64,000 nucleotides of DNA from Cenococcum geophilum (Eukaryota), in contig CP158635.1 of the NCBI GenBank assembly GCA_050273025.1, forward strand, positions 5,766,001 to 5,830,000. Reading direction: 5' to 3'. The notes below the pieces were generated by a model. That model saw only the letters and a list, made by a program, of their open reading frames with translations, had not been told where the DNA came from and did not search any database. A program made the translations under genes and the position numbers. Below are positions 24,449 to 35,707 of this stretch, piece after piece; the stretch's first letter is position 1, and each line of letters begins with the position of its first letter.

Positions 24449-27400
24449 ATGTTAAACCTAAAGAACAATCCAATACCTATACCTAACCTACGACGCCAAT
24501 TAATCCTAGGAGAATTTAATTTATTAGCCCTAGCCTTAACCCCTAAGGAGACGGACACCAATAATATCTTATCTTTTATTAACTATATAACTACGAACAA
24601 GTAAATAAAAGGGCTACTACCTATTAAAATCAAAATATAAGACGCCGAGACGTTTATAAAAATGGTAGCACGAGACCCTAATAAATACTACCGCCTTCTA
24701 TAGAACTATTACCTAAAGCTTATACGAGCCGAGATGCGTACTACTTAAGATCGCGATATTATCTAAGACCTATAAGCTTATAAGGCGCTCGCTAATAATA
24801 TATATTAAGAAACCAAAGACGACCTCCACGTATCTGAATGTGACGTCTAATAGTTAAAGAAGGCTAAGATTGTACTAATTGCTACAGTTACTAAAAGAGA
24901 AGGCATAATTAAATACCTATAATCTTAGCTTAATAAGCATATTCGTAACAACGCTAGATACCTCTTTACTATATATAACGCCACCTAAGTCTCTACGCCC
25001 CTAGCAACTTTACCTACTTAACGCTTAATAGAGGGCTAGTGTTAAGCAGCTTTACCTAATAGGAACCCCTACTAAAGTAATAATAATAAAAGCTATAATA
25101 ATTAGACCTAAACTATTACTATAGGGTCTAATATACACTACCCTAATCCCCTAGTCTTTTAGGGAGACCGTAAGGAATATAGCCACTAGAAGATATAAAT
25201 CCGCGAGAAACTAACTTAGAGCGCCTACCTTTTTCCTACGGAAGACACTAAGATTGGCTATATTATTAGGCAAGTAAAGAGTATACTATTTAATAGACTC
25301 TTTGCCTAATAGGAGACTAGTAGCCCCTAGAAGTGGTAGTCCTACTAAGAAGTCCTTAACGATCTTAACCTAATATACCGCGACTATAACCTACTGGCTA
25401 CTAACTAAGCTAAACTACGTGCCCTAAAGATAAGCCCTACTAAATTATTTAATAAATTCTATATTAAATTTTAGGAATATACTAGAGCCCTTACCTAAGA
25501 TAATACTAAAGACTAAGAGGACCTTCTTAAAAAAGTTACTTATCGCCTTAGTTACGCAGCCGCCAGCCACAATTACAATAATGTTTATAATATGGTAGCA
25601 GCTCTATAAAAGATTAAATAACAACTAAATTAGATTACTACTACTAACCTTTACCTAAAGACCTCTCTATAGAAGCCCCCTAGGCCTACTAAACCTATAT
25701 ATACTAAGCTACCAACGCTACTACCTTAAGTACTACCGGAACTAATATCGATTTCTCTATACTAACCTTCCTATAGAAACTCCTAGATGGAAAGCGCAAG
25801 CTACTTTAAAAACTAGGACGCTGCTATAGATGCCGTTAAAAAGGCTATTATTGCGATAACCTAAACTGCCTAATAGCTAGGTTTAGTAGCCGCCGCCTAA
25901 TACCTAACCTAATACCCTAAACACTAAATATATTACTACGCGCTACTACCATATAAGACAAAGACGTAGTAATAGTAGTAGAGTCGGATATGGAAACGGA
26001 AAACGCTAAGTCCTAGCCTTAAGTTATAGGTTAGGACGCCCTAATAATAAAGGGATCTATATATCGGCTTACTTAATAGATAACTCTATAAAGATAAATA
26101 GACGGAAATATATAGTTTTACCTATAATAGGAACTACTGCTAAAAAATAATATAAAAGCCGTTCTATAATTAATTGCGGAGCTACTAATAAATTTATAGA
26201 TACTTAATTTATACGCACTTATAACCTACCTACCTTACCCCTTACTAAAGCCCGCGCCCTATAACTCGCTAACGGTAATTATACCGCATAAAAGATTACC
26301 TATATAGTATAACTCTACTTAGATATAAATAGGCACTAGGAAGAACTCTAGGCCTATATTATACCACTTACTAACTACCCTATTATCCTTAAAATAAACT
26401 AGCTTAAATAATATAACCCTGCCATTAATTAAAAGAAGAGAGAAGTAACCTTTAACTCTAAATACTGCAGAGATACTTACCTAGGGTATGGCCTAGCCGC
26501 CTCTATTTACTCCCTAGGATATTAACCTAAGGAACCCCTTATTACCCTACCTATAACTAACTATCACTATATAAGTGCCCCAGCCTTTTACCGTATAGCA
26601 TATAAGAAAGGCTAGACCGTTACTATAGCTTCCTAATTATAACTATATAAGCTTAATAAAGAATAGGACCACGTCCTTTATAGTAATAGGATAGATATAG
26701 TTAACCTTTTAGAAGATAACGCCCCTACGGAACTCTACGGACTTTTACCTTTAGACTTTAAGAAGTTTATAAAGCTTAAAAAAGGACTTACTAACGAAGA
26801 ACTCCGCAAGCTCCTCCCTAAGAGGTATTATAACTTTACTAACATATGCTTATAAAAGAGCGTAGATATACTCCCCCCATATTAACCTAATAACTATACC
26901 ATTAACATTAAATAAGGAAAAATGCTACCTTATAAGAGACCCTACCTAATATTAAAAGACGAGCTTCTAGTTGTAAAAAAGTATATTAACGAGCACCTTA
27001 ATAAAGGATTTATTTGTCCTAGCATATTACTAGCAGCCGCCCCTATCCTTCTTACTAAGAAGCTAGGAGAAGGTATCCAATTCTATATTAACTATAGAGG
27101 ACTTAACGCTATTATAATTAAAAACCGATACCTAGTATCGCTTATACGTGAGACCCTTAAGCGGCTTAGTTAAGCTAAAATCTATACTAAGCTTAATATT
27201 ATCGCCGCCTTTAACTATCTTTAAATACGGGAAGGTAATAAATGGAAAACTGCATTCGCATCGCGCTTCGGCCAATTTAAATATACTGTTATGCCCTTTA
27301 GCGTATATAACGGCCTAGGCACCTTCTAAAGCTATATTAATAACGCCTTATAGAACTACCTTAATAACTTCTGCTCTACGTACCTAGACGATATACTTAT

Positions 27401-29990
27401 TTATAGTAATAACCCCTTTAAGCATACCAAATACATTTAAAAGGTCCTATAGCGCCTTAGGGACGTAGGACTTTATATTAATTCAAAGAAATATGAATTC
27501 TTAGTTATAGAAGTAAAATACCTTAGACTAATTATTACCACTAAGGGTGTCTATATAGACCCCAAGAAGGTACGCATAATTACTAAATAGCAAGCCCCTA
27601 ACTGTATTAAGGACGTATAAGCCTTCCTTAGTTTCGCTAACTTTATTAGAAATTTATATACAACTTCTTAGGCGTAATAGCACTACTTATAGTAATAATG
27701 CGAACGAAGGGCCTTTCTGTAAAAGGAAGAAAAACGCACTTATACTTTACCTAAACGCCTAAATACGAGAAGGCGTTTTAAGACCTTAAAAATGCCTTTA
27801 CTAAAGCACCTATCCTAGCTCACTTTATACTAGGATGATAACTCTACCTTAAAACCGACTCCTTAGACTACGTTAACGCAGGCATCCTCTCCTAGATGGG
27901 TAATAACGGTCTCCTTTACCTAGTTATATTCTACTTATCTAAGCTTATACTATAAGAGTATAACTACAAGATCTATAATAAAGAACTCCTTATAATTATA
28001 TAAGCGTTTAAAGAATTCTAACCAGAACTCTCCTTAGTAAAGCCTAACTAGCTAACTAAAGTCCTTACGGACCATTGTAACCTTAAGTACTTTATAACTA
28101 TAAAGTAGCTAAACTAACGCTAAGCACGTTAGAACGAGTTCCTCTCTAGTTTTAACTTTAAAATCGTATATAAACTAGGAGTATAAGGTACTAAACCTAA
28201 TAGCCTAATACGCCGCTCGTAAGACCTTCCTTAGTCTAATAATAACCCCTATAATTAGTTCCAACAACAAACAATCCTAAAAGCACGAAATTTGGCCCTA
28301 AGTATACTACCTATAATAGAGCCAACTATACCCTAGCTTTATACTACAGAACTAGAGTTACTTCCCAAAATTAATAAGCTTATTACTACGGCATATGACG
28401 TCTCTGTCGACCCATTACTATATTAACTTATTGCTATAAAGACCGCCGGCGCCTATATACTGCCTACTAACCTCTAAAGCTTAGGCTAGATTAATATGGC
28501 AGCCTTAGAAGTAAAAGAGAATAGGCTCTATTATAGACGCCGCCTATTTATCCCTAACTTAGAAAATCTATAACGGCAACTAATCTAAATGGCCTATAAC
28601 CTTTGATTAAGCGGCCACCTAGGCAAAGGAGGAACCTATAAGCTTCTTAGCCAATACTACTTCTGGCCAAAAATAATAGACTTAGTTAAACGCTTTATAG
28701 GCGCCTGCTACGGTTATAAGCGCGTTAAGGCCTTTAATATAAAGTACTAAGGACTACTGCACCCTCTACTAGTACCTATACGACGATAGGCAGATATCGC
28801 TATAGATTTCGTTATTAACCTACTACCCTATAAACGATACGGCCGTACCTATAAGAATATCCTTATAATAATATGCCGACTTATAAAAGAGCGCTACTAC
28901 GTCCTAACCGAAGGCGTAGCCGTTAGCGACGTTACTGACGCCTTCCTTCGCGAAGTCTACTGACTATATGGGTTACCTAACTCGATTACATCCGACCAGG
29001 GTATATAATTTAACTCCAATATATAAAGACGAATCTACTAACGCCTTAATATCTCCGTTAAGATATCTATATCCTTTTACTATAAAACTACTGGGTAACT
29101 AGAAAACGCTAATGCCAGTATAAAAGCGTACCTACGACAGGTAGTTGCCTATAGTTAAGATAACTAGGTAGATTACCTTCTACTAGGTAAATTTATAGCG
29201 AATAACTACGTCTTAACTACTATAGGATTTACTCCGTTCTTTATAAACAAGGGTTATTACCCCTAATCCGGCATAGAGCCACTAAAACCTATTAATAAGA
29301 AACTGCCATATGGAAAACGCCTTAAGATACTACTTACTAACTAGTATACAGACCGTATAAAAAATCTACTCGACTACTATAAGGGAGAAATGGCCTGGGC
29401 TTAAGTAAAGTAGGCCTACTTTACCAACCGTTATAGAACGCCACTACTAGAGATACGTGTTAGCGACTAGATATAGCTAGATATACGTAATATCTCTACG
29501 CAGAGACCTATAAAGTCACTCGATTATAAGAACCTTGGCCCCTATTTAATTAAACGAGTTATTAATAGGGGAGTCGTATATAAGCTAGAACTTCTACCTA
29601 TTCTAACTACCTGTAGAATATAACCTATATTTTACCTATAGCTACTACACCTCTATTAGCCTAACCCCCTATTAGGGCAAATATAGCCTAAACCCCTATT
29701 AGTATTAATCTAAGATAAGAATAAAGATAAGAACTATAAGAAGTGGACCGTTAAACGAATTATTAACTCGGAATACTTTAGCAAAGGCAGAGGACAACGG
29801 CTCTACTATAGAGCTATATATATAGGATTTAATATAGATTAGCTAGAATAGCAATTATAAAAAGATTTTAAAAATGCAAAGGATTTAATTAGCGACTTTT
29901 ACTATACAAACCTATAGAAACTGGGCCTAAGCAGAAATTTTATACCTAATCCTCTATAGGAGCTCTTATAGAGTTAAACTGTTATATATT
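24449..29990 (+). pseudogene. Family E gag-pol (gag, protease, RT, RNase H, integrase, chromodomain)
   Basis: The ORF-track entry 26922-27173 (KGFICPS..AAPILL..KK...IQFYINYRGLNAII.KNRY) is the RT N-terminus. TACCTAGACGATATA = YLDDI at 27381. GHPG at ~28612. Chromodomain-like EWTVERIVDS at ~29740. Confidence 0.9.
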
Positions 29991-30503
29991 GCTATATAAG
30001 GGCAAATTGCTATTAAATTGCGGTAAAGTGCGATTACGTAACCGGAATATTATTAAGATGTTTAGGAACTTTAACCGGCGGTTAAAGTTATTTAATTAGT
30101 TAGATTCTTAGATGCCAAGCCTTATTATATAACGTTATTTTAAGCCTTTAGTAATACCCCCCTTTTCTTCTTTTCTATACCTTAAGTGTCCCTTTTATAT
30201 ATATATAGTAACTATAGCGTTACTAAAGCTCCGCCTCTATAGGAGGGAGGGTAGTATTACGGAACCCTACCGCAAGGGCCCCTATAGGAGAGCCCCGTGC
30301 TCTTATATACACCTTGCGTATAGCTTATATCAGCTACGCGTAGGTATATTACCTCCTTGCGCCCTTAACCCTTACAATTAATTGCGTAACGTCTTATAGA
30401 CTCCTTAAATATATACGCTTTATAGCCACTACCCCCGTCCCGTAATATATACTTAGTCTAACTTAGGCCAATACTTAGTTTATTTTTTTCCTCTATATAC
30501 TAT

Positions 30504-30651
30504 CCCTTCTAACGGTAGCGTCCTACGAGAATTGGACCGTGCGCGAACACCAGAATTAGAAGTACGCGTATAGTCACAGAGCCTTAATCCTATCAATTCT
30601 ATTGGCTAGCTCTTATCGATAACCGTAGGACGAATTGTACCCTTGGAAGGG
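30504..30651. mobile_element. 148-bp MITE derived from a piggyBac-like family
   Basis: TIRs CCCTTCTAACGGTA / TACCCTTGGAAGGG plus inner inverted CGTCCTACG / CGTAGGACG. The first ~70 bp are homologous to 53808-53880 (GTGCGCGAACACCAGAAT). Absent from the same site in other family-B copies. Confidence 0.85.
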
Positions 30652-32774
30652 ATAGATAAGTATTCTTTAGGCAGTCCCACCACTATTATCTATCTAGGTA
30701 TTTTTCTATAAGAAATCTTCCTAGTTAAAGCATTAGGTCTCCTTAACTCTATACTTCTACTAGGGGCTATCTATATATATACTTAGCATCCCTAAACCGT
30801 TTTTCTTCCAGTGTCTAATATATCCTTACTAGGTATTTATAGTTCTTCTCTTTTAGTGCTTTATATATTCCGTATATATTATCTATATAAGCTATCTATA
30901 ATAGTATATAATGCGCTAAGTGACTTAGGTTAACTCTTAGCTTATCTTTACTTCTAAGTTTAAACCTCTATCTAGCTAACCTAACTATTATTCTTTCCTC
31001 TACGAGTATTAAGATCTATTATTTGCTTCTCTAGTCCCTGGATCCCTCTTCTAGGTTTTTTAATATTATAATTAATGCTTCTTTAATATAACTTATGCGT
31101 TTCTCTATAATAAGTTAGTCTTAAACAACTTTTTTATTCAGCTATATATAGAAATCTTCTTATTTATTATTATGTTGTTACTTATACTACTTTTTATACA
31201 ACTAGTTTAGTATATATAGTCTATCTGTAAGAAAGTACCTTGTTATTACTACATTGTAATAACCTTTAATATATCTTTCTTTAAATCTAGTTAGGATTCC
31301 TAGATCCTCTTCTTACTCTAGTTTATTTAACTATTTTGCTTTTAGCGTACCTACTTTAGGCCTATTAGTAATTCTTTATATAGGTACTCTGTCCTATATA
31401 TAACCTAGCATACTAAATCTTTAGTCTAGTTTTTGCTCTTACTATACAATAATTCTTATCCTAAACTTATCTATAGTTTCTTACTTTTTATATCTTGCAG
31501 CTAGATCCTTAAAGTTATCTTACTTCTTAATCTTAGTATTAAATTTTTAATCTTTAGGTTAAACACTACGTTTACCTAGGATTAACGTTCTTATTTATTC
31601 CCCAAACTTATAGTTTTTAAACTTGCGTCCTATACTTATTTATTTATTACTAAACTAAGTTACTGCTCTTTTCTCTTAGTTTTTGTCCGTTATAGGTTCC
31701 TAAGTTGTCCTTATTATATTTTATAAGTCTAGAGCCTTCCTTATCTCTTCTTAAGAATCTTAAACCTATAGCCTTTTATCTTTATTAAGTGGTAAGCTGG
31801 CACTAGCAGTTATCTACTTACCTAATTTTTTACTAACGTTGCTCCTTCTGTCTTGCGAAGTAATGGATGCCGTATCTAATAGTATTATAATACCCGTTAC
31901 TAATCCCTACTCTATAATGGTTTTAGTTTCTACTTCTATTTTAACTTCTTTAAGGTTTACATACTCCTAGTAAGCTGCCTTTACTGCCTTATTATTGGTA
32001 AATGCTTTATCTACATTAAATTTATTGTCTTTAATATCTAATCTATAAGCTGGTTCGTTGGTTCCTCTAAACTTAGATAATAATGGCTCCTATAGCCAAT
32101 AGCTTATATTATACTTGGCGTCCTTATAAATTTAGTATATATTATTATAACAAAACGCAAAACTGTTAATTAAACATTCTTTTGTTCCTTATAGCGCACT
32201 ATCGTCCCTCTATATATATATGTCGTCTACTAGTCTAGTTCCCTTTACTACGTAGTTAATTTAACTACCTTTATAGTCTTTAGTAAAATAACCCTATTTT
32301 CCGTAATTTATATAAGCTCTATCTCTAAACCACTAGCTTTACTATAGAGTCCGCCTAAATATCTTCTATTGCTAAGATCCCTGGTTTAGCCTCTACTCCT
32401 TAGTCCTGTAATTACTAGATCCTTAACCTTTAGGTTTCTATAGTTTCTTATTTTATCTTTTAGATTCTTTGGTACTACTTAAGTCTATTAGCTCTACACT
32501 ATACTATAGTTTTTAACTCTATATCTGCTGTTGCGTACTCTGCGCCTTATATAACTATAGAACTCTATTCTAACCTTTCTTAGTCTACTCCCTTTAGTAT
32601 ATCCTATTATTAATATTAATTGCTTAATTAATTAATTCCCTTAAGGTATCCGCATCTTCTATTAGAATAATTACGTCCTAGACTTTAGCCTTAAGTCCCT
32701 ATTTATACTATACTATAAGAGCCCTATTATTCTACTTAACCTACGTAGCAAGTGTTTAAAATTATGTTATATAC

Positions 32775-35707
32775 GGCATTACTAGATATTTAAAAAGTCC
32801 CTATTATATACGGAAAGCTATATACTTCTTATCTCCTTTATAAATACGGATTTAATTAAAGGCAGTAATTACATTAAGCTTTATAAAGTATTATATTTTT
32901 ACTAAGCAGTTAAGCGTTTCTTGAAGTAGAGGAATTGAATATTAGTTTTAAATTATAATCGCATTTAGGACTTAATAATTAATATAGAACCTTAAGCCTC
33001 CTTTAGGTTTCTTAACGAATAGTATAGGTAAGGTAAATAGTAATTAACTAGGGCGAATAAATCCTTTCTCTAGGTGCTCTTTAAGGTATTATTATATTTT
33101 AAGCAGCTCTTCTTACGATATACCATATAACGGGCCAAACTTTAGCATTATACTAGGTTTAAGTTCTATTTTAAAATCGTGCTTATTTTAATATGGGGGT
33201 AGTTAGTTTATAAATTGTTTCTTAAACGTATTAATTAGATTATAGGTATAAGAGGTTAGGGGTTAATATATTGCTTTGGTTCTAACGCCTTTTTAATATC
33301 TTCTGGTGTTATAGTAAAGATCTTATAGTCCTGTTTTCTTACTAATAAATAAAAGGGTGCGGCTTATACTATATAAAATTTAAGGGGTTTTAATATATTA
33401 TCTTTATATTCTTTATTGCAATTAATAGCTATAACTTTATTATATTAGTTTAAGGTTCGTAGTAAGGGCAATTTATATTATATTAAATTTAAATAGTTAT
33501 ATATATATTTATAGGGCAAGTAGTATTTTAAGTAATAACTTTAGCAGTAGGTTATACAAAATTTTAGTGTTTCTTTAACCCAGCTAATTAAAGGGTTATG
33601 TTGTTTTAGCTATCTATATCTAAGTATTACCCTATAATACCTTAAGGGTATTATAAATAGGGAAACGTATTTAAGGTATTTGCTTATTTACATCTTTATA
33701 AGAGTATAGTACGTTAATTCGCCGTATATTAAAGGCTTGCTATTAAAGCCCCATAGGCCCTAAGGCTTATTAAGTTTCTTTAAATTTAAGTATTAAGTTT
33801 TTGCGTAGTTCGTATTAATAAAGCCTATGCTAGTAGCTCTACTATTTATAAGGATTTATACTTCCTTCTATTTTCTAAGTATTTAAATTTTGCTAAGTAT
33901 ATTAAGGGAGTTATATTATATATTAGCGCTAGAAAAGCCTAGATACTTATACTCTTCTACTTCTTATCCTAAGGCGCGACTTAGCCCTAGGACGATTTAT
34001 TTTCCAAATTAACTAAAGGTAAGATACTTTATAGCGACCGAGTATAATTTATAGAACGAGTGCGACTTAAGGACTAAGAGGAGCTACAGTAACCCTTTTT
34101 AAAAGGGTAAGTTTGGCAATCCCTTTAAATATATCCCTTTTTTTTAATATCTAAAACATTCTCCATTTACGGCTTATATTCTTTATTTGTTAATTCTTAA
34201 GGGTATATAGGATCGAGTAGCGTTAAGGTCCATATGGTTATACATAGGGCTTTTAAGTCTTAGAGACAGATCGCGCTTTAGAGTATATACTAGTTTTATA
34301 GAGTTTTAAATATAAGGTGTAGTTGGCTTTAGAGAACGAGTCTATTTATTATATTAAAGGTCCTTATTAATTTATTAACACATTATAGCAAATTTAGGTA
34401 AGTCCTTTAGCAGTTCTCTACCTACTAACTATGCTCTAATTTTATCCGAAATAGCTTAACGGAAAGCAGTAACTCTAGCGGCTTTATTCTAATTTAGTTT
34501 ACTAATAAGGCCTAAAAATTCCAAAAAGAAGCTAGTAAAGTCTTGGTTCCATTATTATAGATTTTTAAGTTTAGTAATAGCTATATATTCGCGGCTGACG
34601 TTATTATATATTTATTCTAATAGAGAGATAAAGGTTTTAAAATTAATAAAGGTGCTATTATAGAAGAATAGGTCTATAGTTTATATAGCGTCTTTACTTA
34701 AATAAGATATTCTATAGTGTCGGTATTACCCGGGGGGTACTGCAATTGCAATATAAGGTAACTAGTTCTTGGTTTATTCGTATCTTTTTTTGTCTACTTA
34801 AGGAGAGAGAAAGGGGTAGTAAAGGTCGGGCTATCTATCGGGCCGTAGGTAGTCAGGTGACCTACGCTACGCCATACGGCCCCTACCGCATACGCTCTAC
34901 GTCAGATATTTATAACCTCTATTTATACAGACATATAGCTAATCATGCTAGCTTCTATAGGGTATTAGTTATAGTTTATTAAAAGTTTAAAACGGAGCTT
35001 AGTTATAAAGGGATATAGGTTATTTTAATTTCCATTAAATATTAGGGGGTTAAGGAGCTTTTTAGATTTTATAGTAGGTACTAGGTTCGTTATAAATATA
35101 GGTTAAGCTGCCGTTACTAGTTTAGGGTTTATATTTAATAAGTCGGGTTTATATATAGTTATTTTAATTTTATTTATAGGTGTTACTATTAGGGTCTTTA
35201 ATATAAGTGCTTTAAGGTTATAGAGTTCTTTATAGATTGCTCCCATTAATTACTAGTACTAAGCTTCTAATATTGCTCGCTATTAGGCTAAAGCATCCGT
35301 AAAGGACTATTATATTATAGTTAACTATTCCCTAACTAGGGCTATAATACTTATAGTTAACGCGGAGGGTTTGAGTTTATTTACTATTTTAATAATAGTT
35401 ATTTTAATGTAATATAATATAAGGACGCGAAGAGACTTTAGGGAAGATTTAAAGGAATAATATAAATTCTATCTAAATCTAAGGGTATATAGCTCTCACT
35501 AAGAACAAGACGCTGCGTAAAGAAAAGAAAGGAATAGCAAGAGAATCATATAATTAAATAGTTAGGGGCTTGGTGGTTGATGCGTGTGTATATATGCACG
35601 CGGCCTTTAATGGAATTTAGTAGAATTCGATTGATTAAAGCGTTGGAATTTATCTGTCGAGTGTTTCACCAAGACATTCCTACTGTAACTAGGCTAGCCC
35701 TGTTACA
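32775..35707 (-). mobile_element. Gypsy family A copy, 5' part (LTR, gag, protease, start of RT)
   Basis: 32775-33520 is the reverse complement homologue of 4580-5330. The outer terminus ...CCTGTTACA at 35707 abuts family-B sequence. The inner LTR boundary (~35408-35550) is uncertain. Confidence 0.8.
34718..34933. mobile_element. Solo LTR (216 bp), family not otherwise seen in window
   Basis: TGTCGG...CAGACA termini with 5-bp TSD TATAG (34713-34717, 34934-34938). Confidence 0.85.

Larger units (their letters stand above)
12002..30447 (+). mobile_element. Gypsy family E composite element with three 193-bp LTRs (12002-12194, 24098-24290, 30255-30447)
   Basis: LTRs read T(G/A)TTACGGAACCC...CCCCGTCC(T/C)(A/G)TAA(C/T)A. 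TSD TATAC at 11997-12001 and 30448-30452. PPT AGGAGGGAGGGTAG at 30241-30254. Confidence 0.9.
7504..32780 (-). mobile_element. Gypsy family B copy (subfamily b) hosting nested insertions at 12002-30447 and 30504-30651; 5' end deleted
   Basis: 7927-12001 is collinear with the minus-strand copy at 55155-59275 (chromodomain, integrase, RNase H, RT, protease). The host resumes at 30448 and runs into gag until ~32780. Confidence 0.85.

Noticed and set aside
34746..34982. 78-aa ORF
   Set aside because: It lies mostly within a solo LTR and crosses its boundary.
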